Assembly: GCA_963730935.1 (NCBI GenBank)
Contig: CAVSTP010000003.1
Span: 672,001-736,000 of the forward strand
Reading direction: 5' to 3'
Source: an uncultured Nitrospiraceae bacterium
GTDB lineage: Bacteria > Nitrospirota > Nitrospiria > Nitrospirales > Nitrospiraceae
Length of the DNA: 64,000 bases
The position numbers and the translations under genes are program-made. A model generated the notes under the pieces. It saw only the letters and a program-made list of their open reading frames with translations. It did no database searches and was not told the origin of the DNA. Below, piece after piece: positions 45,118-54,463 of the stretch. Position 1 is the first letter of the stretch; the number at the start of each line of letters is the position of its first letter.

Positions 45118-45762
45118 ATGAGCAAGGTGAAAGTCGCGGCGTTTACGGTGTCGCTCGATGGATTTGGTGCGGGGCCCCGACAGGATTTGCAGAATCCGCT
45201 AGGAGTTCGTGGGGAAGAACTGCATTCCTGGTTTGTAGACACGGACGTCTTTAAGAAAATGAACGATCAAGGCGAAGGGTCGCATGGCATCGACAATGAT
45301 TTTGCCGCGCAGTCAATGGACAATATGGGCGCCTGGATTTTGGGGCGGAATATGTTCGGGCCGGTGCGCGGTCCCTGGAAAGACGAGTCCTGGAAGGGCT
45401 GGTGGGGGGATAATCCGCCGTACCACACGCCGGTATTTGTGCTCACGCATCACTCACGAGCGCCCCTGACGATGGAAGGCGGCACGACCTTTTACTTTGT
45501 GACCGATGGCATCGAGTCGGCCTTAAAGAAAGCGAAAGCGGCGGCCAAAGGCAAAGACGTTCGGATTGGTGGCGGCGTTGCCACGATTCGTCAGTACCTG
45601 ATCGCCGGCCAGATCGATGAGATCCACCTAGCCATTTCGCCGATTTTGTTGGGAGAAGGGGAGCATCTCTTTGCCGGCCTCAATCTCCACGCTCTCGGGT
45701 TCACATCCATCAAAACCGTCGCCAGTGAAAAGGCAACGCATGTTCTGATGAAAAAAGGATGA
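45118..45762 (+). CDS. RibD C-terminal/dihydrofolate-reductase-like protein
   Basis: SLDGFGAGP, GRNMF, VFVLTH, IGGGVATIRQYL, PILLGEG. Confidence 0.9.
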   Translation: MSKVKVAAFTVSLDGFGAGPRQDLQNPLGVRGEELHSWFVDTDVFKKMNDQGEGSHGIDNDFAAQSMDNMGAWILGRNMFGPVRGPWKDESWKGWWGDNPPYHTPVFVLTHHSRAPLTMEGGTTFYFVTDGIESALKKAKAAAKGKDVRIGGGVATIRQYLIAGQIDEIHLAISPILLGEGEHLFAGLNLHALGFTSIKTVASEKATHVLMKKG

Positions 45763-45842
45763 ACGGGTCGCCTCCGCTGCATAAGTCCTTCCGAAGAGAC
45801 CGATGCCGGCCTGCGATCGGCTCATGACGACCTTTTCTCGTT

Positions 45843-46535
45843 TTAACGGGTAATAAGCCCATCGGTGATGCCGTAGGCGAGGGCATAGCAAATGAAGATT
45901 CCTATGCCGCCGGCGATACCTGCCAGGACGGAGTCCCTCCACCCGCCGTTGGTCACGTGTCTTGCCATCAGCGCAAAAATAATCGCGATGCCGAATTCGC
46001 CAAGGATGATGTAGTAGGGCGTGTTGGACAGCATCCGGCAATTGCTATATACCCACCAGTTGATTCGGCGTGCCATTTCTTCATAATAAGGGATGTTGAT
46101 CGCACCCAAGACACCAATCGCGACCAGTCCCCACCTGTCGAACCGATTCCAAAGCCACAGACCGATATAGCCGAACTGCACAGCGACGACTTCCCAGGCA
46201 AAAGGCATCCAGAGGGGAGAGCGCCAAATCATGGGTCCGCCGCCGATGGCATAGTCCAACGTCTTGGTGTAATCCACCAGCCACGCATCGGCAATCAACT
46301 CAGCAAATCCTACGGTAAGGCCGAAGACAATGAATCGCGCCAGGACCCAGTCACGGCGCAAGATGATGAAACCGGCCAGCAGGGAATTATCGATGATATT
46401 AAGCGCGACTCCGGTTTTCCAATCCGACCACGGTGCGAGGCTCAGCAATGCGACGGCGACAACGTTGATGGCGATAGTAGCCAAGATGATTTTGAGACGG
46501 GCATCAGCAAGCGAGCTTTCAGCGGTCAGTTCCAT
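45843..46535 (-). CDS. Hypothetical multi-pass membrane protein
   Basis: About seven hydrophobic segments; ELIADAWLV, SPLWMPFAW, PYYEEMA. Confidence 0.75.
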   Translation of the reverse strand: MELTAESSLADARLKIILATIAINVVAVALLSLAPWSDWKTGVALNIIDNSLLAGFIILRRDWVLARFIVFGLTVGFAELIADAWLVDYTKTLDYAIGGGPMIWRSPLWMPFAWEVVAVQFGYIGLWLWNRFDRWGLVAIGVLGAINIPYYEEMARRINWWVYSNCRMLSNTPYYIILGEFGIAIIFALMARHVTNGGWRDSVLAGIAGGIGIFICYALAYGITDGLITR

Positions 46536-46710
46536 GCCTGATCTACGTGTTGGAGCATGCGCTGGATGTTTCGATGGGGTTGGATCAGAAATGCACGCAT
46601 TTCTCTTCCAACCCGTTGACGCTTGTATTCACGAAGAGTACCCTTACCTGATTTCTCCTCAGGTGATCAACCGAATCTGACTGCCTTTTCGGTTACCCCA
46701 AGAGTATTCC

Positions 46711-47322
46711 ATGAATGAAACGATCGTGGCGGCGATCATAGGTGGGGCGGCCGGCGTTTTGCCCGTTGTAGTGACAAGAATCTTTGGGCGGCTCGAGAGT
46801 CGAAATCAGACGAGGCAGCAGGTGCAGGCGCTTGATCTTGCCAAAAAGCGAGTGGACTTCTTGCAATCTTGGATGGGCGCCCGGAAGAGCTGCCTCCCGC
46901 GAGAGACCGTTGATGTCTCAATTCAGGAAGCCTTCAAGGAGCTGGATGAAATCCGCTTATCCCTTAGGCGCGTCCTTGAGAAGACGGTAAGTCACGCGAG
47001 AAGTCATGAAGAGCGCCCATTCATACAGCGTCTGTTGTTGGCCTATAAGCCGAAGAGGATGTCTGGTTGGTGGTGGCGGGTGGCCTATTACACATGGACC
47101 GGTGCCATTGCGGCGAGCATTCTCGACGGGGTCATTCGACGGGACTTCTTTACGGGGAGAGACGATGATGGAAGCTTTTCGGTGGCTGTACTTATCGGTG
47201 AAATAATCGGCGCGGTCTTGCTGATTCTTCCTTCTGTATTCTTTCATCGACGCGCCGTGCGATCTGATATCGCTCAAATGAAAGGTGCCGCTAAAGATCA
47301 GACAGGACAAGTTGCGGGATGA
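46711..47322 (+). CDS. Hypothetical membrane protein
   Basis: 203-aa ORF with three hydrophobic segments. Confidence 0.6.
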   Translation: MNETIVAAIIGGAAGVLPVVVTRIFGRLESRNQTRQQVQALDLAKKRVDFLQSWMGARKSCLPRETVDVSIQEAFKELDEIRLSLRRVLEKTVSHARSHEERPFIQRLLLAYKPKRMSGWWWRVAYYTWTGAIAASILDGVIRRDFFTGRDDDGSFSVAVLIGEIIGAVLLILPSVFFHRRAVRSDIAQMKGAAKDQTGQVAG

Positions 47323-47360
47323 CCGGCTTCCTGAGGATCGTAGTGAGTCTGTGTGAGGCT

Positions 47361-48746
47361 TCAGGGTTCTTTTTCTACTAGATCGATTGCCGCATCCGCT
47401 TCCAGCGCAAAACGGCCTCGGCCTCGCTGGACAAGTCTCACCTCCGGGCATTTCTGCTCAAGGCGTCGGCGGAGTAGGATCAGTCGCGTTTCGAGATTGT
47501 CCTTTAACTCCGGTAGTCCGAGCCAAGAATCCATCCGTAGCTCCCGGTTCGTGAACTCCACCCGACCCTCATCACGATACTGCTTCAGCAAGCGCCAGAG
47601 AATCCGGGCCGGAACATTGCGAATGAGATAGTCGCCATCCACGCAGATGCAGTCGTCCTTCTGAAAGAAAGTAAAGCGGCGTATAGCACCCGAGCGAGAC
47701 GCAGGGATCGGGGCTGCACTTCTGATCCGGTCCATCGGAGCATCGTCCGTCTCGCGGCTGAGTTGGTCGATTGCGGTCGCGAGATGTAAGCCTAAAGTAG
47801 TGAGCAGCGTGTTCTCACGCGGGAGAAAGGCGAGCGGATCCTTGCTTTCGACAGCCAGCACACCGACCAAACGTCCACGACTTACGAGGGGCACGGCGAT
47901 CTGACTGGCCGCGTCGGGGAGACCGGGAAGGGGGATTTCTCGTGCGATCGCCTCGGTGCATCCTAACGCTTCGGCGCGGTCCCGCACCGCGCGTGCATAT
48001 CGCAAGCCATGATCCATGGCCGACAGATAGAGCGTCCGCCGAGCCCGCGCGACCATGCCGATGAGACCTTCGCCGGCTCCAACCTCGGATCCCACTCCAT
48101 TTTCTGCATAGCCGTGGCTCGCAATTGTCAGCAGCTTCCTATTCTGCTCATCTGCGAGCAGGATCTTCGAATGATGGAATCCAAACTGTTCATCAAGGAG
48201 CCGCAGCGAGGCTTGAAGGACTTCATCGAGCGACTGTGCCTTGTTCAGGCACTCGGAGATCACCCGCATCGAAACCAGGCCCGAGTCCACAAAGAGGCGT
48301 GACGAACGCTCGGATGGTTGGGGAACAGGTAGTCGTGTGAATCCCTCCAAGCATTCGACGTCGAGCACCTCGTACACATCGGCGGCGAGTAGGCGAAACA
48401 CGTCAGTCATGCCCGAGTAGGATGCCACCGCCTGGAGTTGAAGCGACATGGACTCGAACAACGGGCCGGTCGATTCCGAATGATCAAAGCGGAGTCGAAA
48501 GCGATAGGCATGCAACGTTCGTGGGTCGAGGACCATGATGCAGGCAAAAGGATTCTCACGAACGTTGCGATGGGTCTTGTTGAAGAATTGAAACGAAATG
48601 GCTACGTGCTTCGTGTCCACATAGTAGACCTGACTGATAAACGTGATGTTCGGCGTGCCGTCGCTCGCGCAGGTACTCAAGGCTGCGGGAACGATCCCCT
48701 GAAAGCATGCCCATAGATCCTCAAGTTGCGGCGGCGTCTTTTTCAT
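47361..48746 (-). CDS. Putative regulator: PNPOx-like split barrel + GAF + C-terminal winged helix
   Basis: TCASDGTPNITFISQV...FQFFNKTHRNV; GEGLIGMVAR...SQIAVPL...VGVLAVES; ILWRLL...FTNRELR...NLETRLILLRRRL...GRGRF. Confidence 0.85.
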   Translation of the reverse strand: MKKTPPQLEDLWACFQGIVPAALSTCASDGTPNITFISQVYYVDTKHVAISFQFFNKTHRNVRENPFACIMVLDPRTLHAYRFRLRFDHSESTGPLFESMSLQLQAVASYSGMTDVFRLLAADVYEVLDVECLEGFTRLPVPQPSERSSRLFVDSGLVSMRVISECLNKAQSLDEVLQASLRLLDEQFGFHHSKILLADEQNRKLLTIASHGYAENGVGSEVGAGEGLIGMVARARRTLYLSAMDHGLRYARAVRDRAEALGCTEAIAREIPLPGLPDAASQIAVPLVSRGRLVGVLAVESKDPLAFLPRENTLLTTLGLHLATAIDQLSRETDDAPMDRIRSAAPIPASRSGAIRRFTFFQKDDCICVDGDYLIRNVPARILWRLLKQYRDEGRVEFTNRELRMDSWLGLPELKDNLETRLILLRRRLEQKCPEVRLVQRGRGRFALEADAAIDLVEKEP

Positions 48747-49204
48747 CCCCCGATCCTCTTTCCCGCACCTGGCCCTGGCGTCTGATCGAAGACATCAGTG
48801 ACGGTCATTTCCACGGCGACGGTCGGTTCGGCGATCCAGGCTTCACCCAGCGTGGAGGGCACGCCAATGGCTGTGAGCTCGGCCATGAATTCACGATGCC
48901 ACCGCTTGCTCGTCTCTCGATCAACGGACGTGACCGACTTCATGCTTCGGACCTGACCTTTCAGCTGGCAGGTGATGTGGTCCGTAGGTCGCGTGCACGT
49001 CACTGCAATTTTGCCGTTTTCACGCAAGTTCTCGATGGTCTTGCCGGCGATCGCTTTGGACAGAAGAATCGTGACGGTACGCCGGTCGGCCGCGGTGTGG
49101 ATGCCCCACGCACGCGTGCACTCCGGCATGAGTGACGCATCGCGAGTGCCGACCATGACCGAGATGCCCGTCTGGAGGAGAGCGACGATCGAGTCGGGAA
49201 TCAT
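48743..49204 (-). CDS. Pyridoxamine 5'-phosphate oxidase-like (FMN-binding split barrel) protein
   Basis: VGTRDA, NLRENGKIAVT, QLKG, FDQTPGPGAG; 4-bp overlap with the downstream gene. Confidence 0.85.
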   Translation of the reverse strand: MIPDSIVALLQTGISVMVGTRDASLMPECTRAWGIHTAADRRTVTILLSKAIAGKTIENLRENGKIAVTCTRPTDHITCQLKGQVRSMKSVTSVDRETSKRWHREFMAELTAIGVPSTLGEAWIAEPTVAVEMTVTDVFDQTPGPGAGKRIGG

Positions 49205-49219
49205 GAATCGATGTGGCGG

Positions 49220-49260
49220 TTAGGAAAGATTTAGGTAAACCTTAGCATAGTTTTAGGAAC
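49220..49260. promoter_or_regulatory. Four direct repeats TTAG(G/C) at 11-bp spacing; putative winged-helix operator
   Basis: TTAGG at 49220, TTAGG at 49231, TTAGC at 49242, TTAGG at 49253; extended -10 TGnTACTGT at 49278-49286. Confidence 0.7.
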
Positions 49261-49341
49261 CGTGTCGCGGACCTCCATGTTACTGTCCCCCACACAAAGG
49301 GGCGCGTTCAACGTGGATCGCGTCAAACACAGGAGGATCCA

Positions 49342-50193
49342 ATGCGAGACTTGTTATACGCTTCAATAATGGTTTTGTTCATTGCCGTAGCATCTGCGCC
49401 AGCCTGGGCGGAAGATCACGGCCGTGCCGCTGTACGGCGCGGCGGGGAGACGACCGTCGTGTTTGTCGCTCGTGACTACGGCTTCAGTGGCCCCGAACGT
49501 ATTCCTGGTGGACTCACGACCGTTCGGATAGTGAATGAAGGTCGCGACCTTCATCACATCCAGTTCTTGAGATTGCTGGAAGGCAAGTCAGCTGCCGACT
49601 TCCGTGCAGCTATCGCGGCCGATCCAAGTCGGCTGCCAAGTTGGGTGCAATATGCCGGTGGACCGAATGCGCACCTGCCGGGCAGCCAGGCTTCCGCCAC
49701 GGTAAATCTGACCGAAGGAGACTACGTGTTGATGTGCTGGATTCCGGACAAGAACGGCGTGCCGCACGTGGCGCTGGGGATGCAGAAGGCGCTGTTCGTG
49801 CGCGGCGGAAAGCCGACGAAGGTCTCAGGGGCTAAAGCTCCAATCACCATCACGCAAATTGATTATCAGTTTATTCTCTCAAAGCGAATTGAATCGGGCA
49901 TTCACACGATCGAAGTCATCAACCATGGCAGTCAGCCACATGAGCTCGTCGTCGTGAAGCTTGCACCGGGCGCTACGGTCCAAGACGCCATCGCCTCCTT
50001 CGAGCCGGGCGCCTCCGGGCCTCCTCAGGGTGAATTGGTGGGAGGAATTACCGGAATCGAAAGAGGGGAGCGCATGCACTTTACCGGCGAATTCGAAACT
50101 GGTAGATACGGACTCATCTGCTTTGTCCCTGATGCGGCTACCGGGCGACCTCACTTCCTTCACGGCATGACGACCGAATTCACGGTTGAGTGA
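49342..50193 (+). CDS. Exported protein with two cupredoxin-like domains
   Basis: Signal peptide ending AWA; NEGRDLHH...CWIP...PHVALGM and NHGSQPHE...CFVP...PHFLHGM, i.e. a His/Cys/His/Met set twice. Confidence 0.8.
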   Translation: MRDLLYASIMVLFIAVASAPAWAEDHGRAAVRRGGETTVVFVARDYGFSGPERIPGGLTTVRIVNEGRDLHHIQFLRLLEGKSAADFRAAIAADPSRLPSWVQYAGGPNAHLPGSQASATVNLTEGDYVLMCWIPDKNGVPHVALGMQKALFVRGGKPTKVSGAKAPITITQIDYQFILSKRIESGIHTIEVINHGSQPHELVVVKLAPGATVQDAIASFEPGASGPPQGELVGGITGIERGERMHFTGEFETGRYGLICFVPDAATGRPHFLHGMTTEFTVE

Positions 50194-50230
50194 GCTACGC
50201 TCAAAGGTCGAACGAGGGCTGGCAAGACAG

Positions 50231-50267
50231 AAAAAGGGCCGGTCAGAATCTACTACCTGACCGGCCT
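50231..50267 (-). terminator. Rho-independent terminator for the minus-strand MltF-like gene
   Basis: aaaaa-gggccggtcag...ctgaccggcct. Confidence 0.65.
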
Positions 50268-50356
50268 GGTCCGCTGGTCGGGAAGCATCTTTCAGCCGGT
50301 GTGTGTCGGTTGGTGACGGAAGACATTCGCTATCGTCGCGGCAGGTAGTGTGACGG

Positions 50357-51835
50357 CTATTGAGGCTTCGAAACGCTCTGCGGCTGGCCGTTGCGAAATT
50401 TCTCCCTCTCAGCCCGCTGTTCCTCGACCAGTTTGTAGGCGACGTAGTACTTATAAATGTTGGCCACATAGGTGACCGTTTCCTCGCCGATCCGTCGTGC
50501 GGCGATGATCTCGACGTTGTTGAACCAGACATTCGGATTAAGCCCGCGTTGCGCCGCTTCCTTTCTGAGTTTCTGAACACGGGCTGGCCCGCAATTGTAG
50601 GCGGCGAATGAAAAAAGGATCTTGTTGCGCGTGTCCATGGGCTCGTTTTCAAAAAATTGGTCCCGCACGAACCGCATGTACTTGATGCCGGCATGGATGT
50701 TCGGTTCGAGCTGTGTCACGTCTCCGGTCTTCATCTCTTCGGCCGTGGCAGGCATCAGTTGCATGACCCCGATTGCACCGACACTGCTTCGAGCATTCTG
50801 ATCAAGCAGAGACTCCTGGTACCCCTGGGCGACCATCAAGAGATAGTCCATATCGTACTGAGAACCGTATTTGCGAAAGTACTCGACCGTCTTTTGGAAT
50901 TTCTTGATCTCGCCGGCCGAAGTGGCCTGTTTCACGATGCGCGGATTACCATCCCCGCCATACTTCTTGATCAACTCATTGCCGAAAGCGGATTTCCCGC
51001 CGTGCTCTTTGGCAAACGCGGCAATTTCCGCTTTCAATTTCGGGCTGTCCTTCCGGATCATCCAGGCCAAGTCGCCTCCTGCGTTAATCACGATGCCTCT
51101 GTGCGGCTTGAGGTTTTTAAAAACCTTCGCCCAGAGGAGCGCTTGGTAGCGATCCACCACGATAATTTCTACGAGCCCGGCATTGACCATCTCCAACAGG
51201 TCGTCGTCCTGGAGATCCTCAGGGGCGGCCTTGAGCACCACCGGTGCTTTGTGCTCTTGAACGAACCGCTCATTGAGACGCTCCAGATGAGTCCAGTAGC
51301 TCGATGACTTGCGGACGAAGACCTCCTTACCTGAAAGATCATCGAGTGATTTCAGTTCCGGCGATGCAGGCCCCGTCACGGCGATTTCCCTGACTCCATG
51401 GAAAAAAGGTGCGCCAAAATCTACCTGTTCGAGTCGTTCCGGTGTGACGGTTAGGATACCTGCCGCAATGTCCCCGCGTCCCTCCAGAAGCCCCTGGATC
51501 AGCTGGTCCCGCGAGGTCGGAATAAAGACCACATGGATAAGGATGTGCTTGCCCTGAGCCTTGTAACGATTATTGATTTCCTCCTGGAAGGCCTTGAGCA
51601 GTTCATATTCGGCGCCGGTCTGCCGGGGACCATTGAGCCAGTAGGATGTGCGGGAGGGTGCCACAAGAGCACGAATGACACGACGTTCGATCATCCCATC
51701 GAGGTCCCCGGTCCATGATTTGAGGATCGAAGCCTGGATCAGTTCATTCTGGTCCGGTTTAGGTTGGTCCTGGGCGAAGACAGGTAGAGCTAGTGATGAG
51801 TAAATGAAGACGACGGTAAGAAGTGCGTGCTTCAT
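50357..51835 (-). CDS. MltF-like lytic transglycosylase (SBP + SLT domains)
   Basis: WTGDLDGMIERR, AQGYQES, GAIGVMQLMP, AAYNCGP, ETVTYVANI. Confidence 0.9.
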   Translation of the reverse strand: MKHALLTVVFIYSSLALPVFAQDQPKPDQNELIQASILKSWTGDLDGMIERRVIRALVAPSRTSYWLNGPRQTGAEYELLKAFQEEINNRYKAQGKHILIHVVFIPTSRDQLIQGLLEGRGDIAAGILTVTPERLEQVDFGAPFFHGVREIAVTGPASPELKSLDDLSGKEVFVRKSSSYWTHLERLNERFVQEHKAPVVLKAAPEDLQDDDLLEMVNAGLVEIIVVDRYQALLWAKVFKNLKPHRGIVINAGGDLAWMIRKDSPKLKAEIAAFAKEHGGKSAFGNELIKKYGGDGNPRIVKQATSAGEIKKFQKTVEYFRKYGSQYDMDYLLMVAQGYQESLLDQNARSSVGAIGVMQLMPATAEEMKTGDVTQLEPNIHAGIKYMRFVRDQFFENEPMDTRNKILFSFAAYNCGPARVQKLRKEAAQRGLNPNVWFNNVEIIAARRIGEETVTYVANIYKYYVAYKLVEEQRAEREKFRNGQPQSVSKPQ

Positions 51836-51983
51836 GAAGGCGTTCCCCTTGTGCAGGCGAGTGATTGACTATCTTGGGGCTATCGAGGAGAGCGAGGCTA
51901 ACATTCGTAGTTTGATCGGTCAAGGATGTGCTCGGGAAGCGGTCGATTGAAAATCCTCGGCACCTTTGCTTTAGTATGGCCGG

Positions 51984-52580
51984 ATGACAAGCATGAAAAC
52001 AGAAGGTCATGCTGTGCCGGTTTGCGCCATCTTTGCCGGCGTCAGCCTGGATGGATTCATTGCGCGGCCGAACGGTGATCTGGATTGGCTGATGGGCGAG
52101 GGTGGTGAAGACGGGGACGGCTCAGACCACGGGTACAACGAGTTCATTGCCGGCATTGACGCCATCGTCATGGGTCGGAAAACGTTCGAGAAGGTGTTGA
52201 CGTTCGACAAGTGGTATTACGCCGACAAACGAGTGGTCGTCTTGAGCCATCAACCACTTGATCTATCCGTCGCGCAGGCGCGCGGAGCCGTTGTTGGGCA
52301 AATGGCAGGGGCTCCCTCAGAGATTGTCTCCAAGCTGGCTGCTTCGGGTGCTAGCCGTCTTTACGTGGATGGTGGAATCACCATTCAGGAGTTTTTGCGG
52401 GCAGGACTTATCCACCGTCTGATCATCAGTCGACTGCCGGTGCTCATTGGGGAAGGCATCCCCCTCTTCGGTTCGGTTCCGCACGACATCCGGCTCAGCC
52501 ACATCACGACGCGCACCTATCCAGGGGGCATGGTTCAAGACGAGTACCATGTCGTTAGCCGAGCTGGCGAACTTTCATAG
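51984..52580 (+). CDS. RibD C-terminal/dihydrofolate-reductase-like protein
   Basis: SLDGFIAR, MGRKTFE, YVDGG, PVLIGEGIPLF. Confidence 0.9.
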   Translation: MTSMKTEGHAVPVCAIFAGVSLDGFIARPNGDLDWLMGEGGEDGDGSDHGYNEFIAGIDAIVMGRKTFEKVLTFDKWYYADKRVVVLSHQPLDLSVAQARGAVVGQMAGAPSEIVSKLAASGASRLYVDGGITIQEFLRAGLIHRLIISRLPVLIGEGIPLFGSVPHDIRLSHITTRTYPGGMVQDEYHVVSRAGELS

Positions 52581-52789
52581 ACGCAATTTGTCCCACCATT
52601 GCCTTCCTCGATGAGGCAGTACTCCGACCGTCCTCGTCAGGCCTTGCGTTGTGTTCCGTGTGTGGCTTGCATGAGGAAAGTTTTGACTAGTACAACTACC
52701 CGATACTAGGGGCTTTCCTAGTGGGCCTGTACGTATCTGAGCGCAAGCTCTGCCCCTACATCAAGAACGATCAACAAAAGGAGGGGGCC

Positions 52790-53116
52790 ATGCAACAGAA
52801 ACAGTTTATCTTGAGCAGCGCGGGAAGTGTTCTCCTCGTGCTTGCATCAGCATCGTATGCGGCGGATATGACTGCCGAAGCCACCGCCAATCCGATGCCC
52901 GAGGTCACGGCCAGCCCTCCGGCTGACGCAGTGGCCACGCCGGCGCCCGAGGCGGCGAGCAGTCCACCTACCGAGGTAACGACCAATGCACCGGCCGCCG
53001 CACCCTCGGACACGGCGACCAATCCGCCGCCTGAACAGTCGATGTCCGCTCCGGCGGAGACACCTGCTGACGCAAGTGCCGGTTCAGCGTCAGCCTCTGT
53101 CTCTCCAGAGCGATGA
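52790..53116 (+). CDS. Exported Pro/Ala/Thr-rich low-complexity protein, paralogous to the N-terminus of 53488..54348
   Basis: Signal LSSAGSVLLVLASASYAAD nearly identical to the neighbour; AAGGAGG RBS. Confidence 0.7.
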   Translation: MQQKQFILSSAGSVLLVLASASYAADMTAEATANPMPEVTASPPADAVATPAPEAASSPPTEVTTNAPAAAPSDTATNPPPEQSMSAPAETPADASAGSASASVSPER

Positions 53117-53156
53117 GCTAACAGGGCCAAGAGGTAGGGCACCTGATATTGTCGAT

Positions 53157-53191
53157 GGGGTGAGCGAGGCGGAGCCTGGCTCACCCCTCAC
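53157..53191 (+). repeat. GC-rich hairpin, copy 1
   Basis: ggggtgagcgaggcggagcctggctcacccctcac; one mismatch to 54391-54425. Confidence 0.85.
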
Positions 53192-53487
53192 ATGCACGCC
53201 TTACCATGCACGCCTTACGTAGTTCGCCTCTACATTTGTTCCACCACAATCGCCACTGCCTCTCCGCCGCCGATACACAGACCTGGCTAACCCTTGGCTG
53301 GCGCCGGTCGTTGCCATCCAGCCGTATCAAGTACTGGCGCGAGCAAAGCACAGCCCTGTCAAAAGTGACAGTTCCTCTTCTAGTGCTTTTCTGCCATAGT
53401 CCCCTTCGTAAAACTCTGGCAAGTGGAGGCTGATATTCACCCTCGAGTTGGCCTCTCAGCGCCAACTTTTCACAAAAGGAGCTAATC

Positions 53488-54348
53488 ATGACGAAACCAA
53501 TCTCTCAGGCGTTGAGTTGTGCAGGAGGTCTTCTCCTGGTGCTTGCATCGGCCTCGTATGCGGCCGACACGCCAGCTGGAGCAATGGCCAGTCCAACGCC
53601 GGAAGCAGCGTCCAATCCAACGCCGGAAGCAGCGTCCAATCCACCTCAAGTTGCGGCAGAGCCACCAGCCAATACAGGGATGACTTCTGCTCCTGCCGAA
53701 CAGAAGGCCTCGATCGAGAAAACAGCAGTGGCTCCTCCCGTGGTGAGCGATCCCGGGAAAGTCTATCTTATCAGGGAGAACCCCTTCTACTGGCAGCATA
53801 TTGACAAGTCTATAGAACATGCCCGTGCCGCTGAAATTGCAGGCAACATGGGACAGGCTGCAGAATTACTGGAACATGCCAAGATGTCGTTGATGCAAGC
53901 CCGGGAGGCACAGCGTGCGGGCAATGTGGGTGGCTTGAATGAAGGGATTGCCAATTTGAGAAAAGCGCTGAGTCTCCCGACATGGTTGACGCAATCCTCA
54001 ACACAGACTTCTCCTTCCGCCCAGGGCGCAGATCCTCAGTGTATCGAGGAGCTTGAGAGACAATGCGGGGAGGTTGAGCCTGGCAGCGGGCGTCTCCAAC
54101 AGTGTTTTGACGACAAGATAAACAACTTCTCATCGATGTGTCAGGAGAAACTTAAGGAGGGAAAGGCCGGGATCGCTGCCGCTTTTTTGGGGAACAAGCA
54201 GCAAAAGGAACTAAGAGGGATACCCCGTGAAGAGGCTGCCGTGCGTTCGGCGACTGGCTTTGTTCGTGAAGCTCGTAAGAACTTGTCGCAGGCGGCTGGA
54301 ACGAAGTACGTCGAAATTCAGCCTCAGAAAGCGACAGCATCGAATTGA
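53488..54348 (+). CDS. Exported SmbP-like (small metal-binding) protein with an inserted Cys-rich repeat
   Basis: HIDKSIEHARAAEIAGNMGQAAELLEHAK...LNEGIANLRKA...ATGFVREARKNL, interrupted by CIEELERQC...LQQC...SMC; 24-bp tandem repeat at 53593-53640. Confidence 0.65.
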   Translation: MTKPISQALSCAGGLLLVLASASYAADTPAGAMASPTPEAASNPTPEAASNPPQVAAEPPANTGMTSAPAEQKASIEKTAVAPPVVSDPGKVYLIRENPFYWQHIDKSIEHARAAEIAGNMGQAAELLEHAKMSLMQAREAQRAGNVGGLNEGIANLRKALSLPTWLTQSSTQTSPSAQGADPQCIEELERQCGEVEPGSGRLQQCFDDKINNFSSMCQEKLKEGKAGIAAAFLGNKQQKELRGIPREEAAVRSATGFVREARKNLSQAAGTKYVEIQPQKATASN

Positions 54349-54390
54349 TCCGGTACCTGTCTCTTCCTGACGCCGGGTAATAGTGTCGTA

Positions 54391-54425
54391 GGGGTGAGCG
54401 AGGCGGAACCTGGCTCACCCCTCAC
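54391..54425 (+). repeat. GC-rich hairpin, copy 2 (between convergent genes)
   Basis: ggggtgagcgaggcggaacctggctcacccctcac. Confidence 0.85.
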
Positions 54426-54463
54426 GAGCTCGCCTACAATCGCCAGGGACGGACGGAGGCGGA

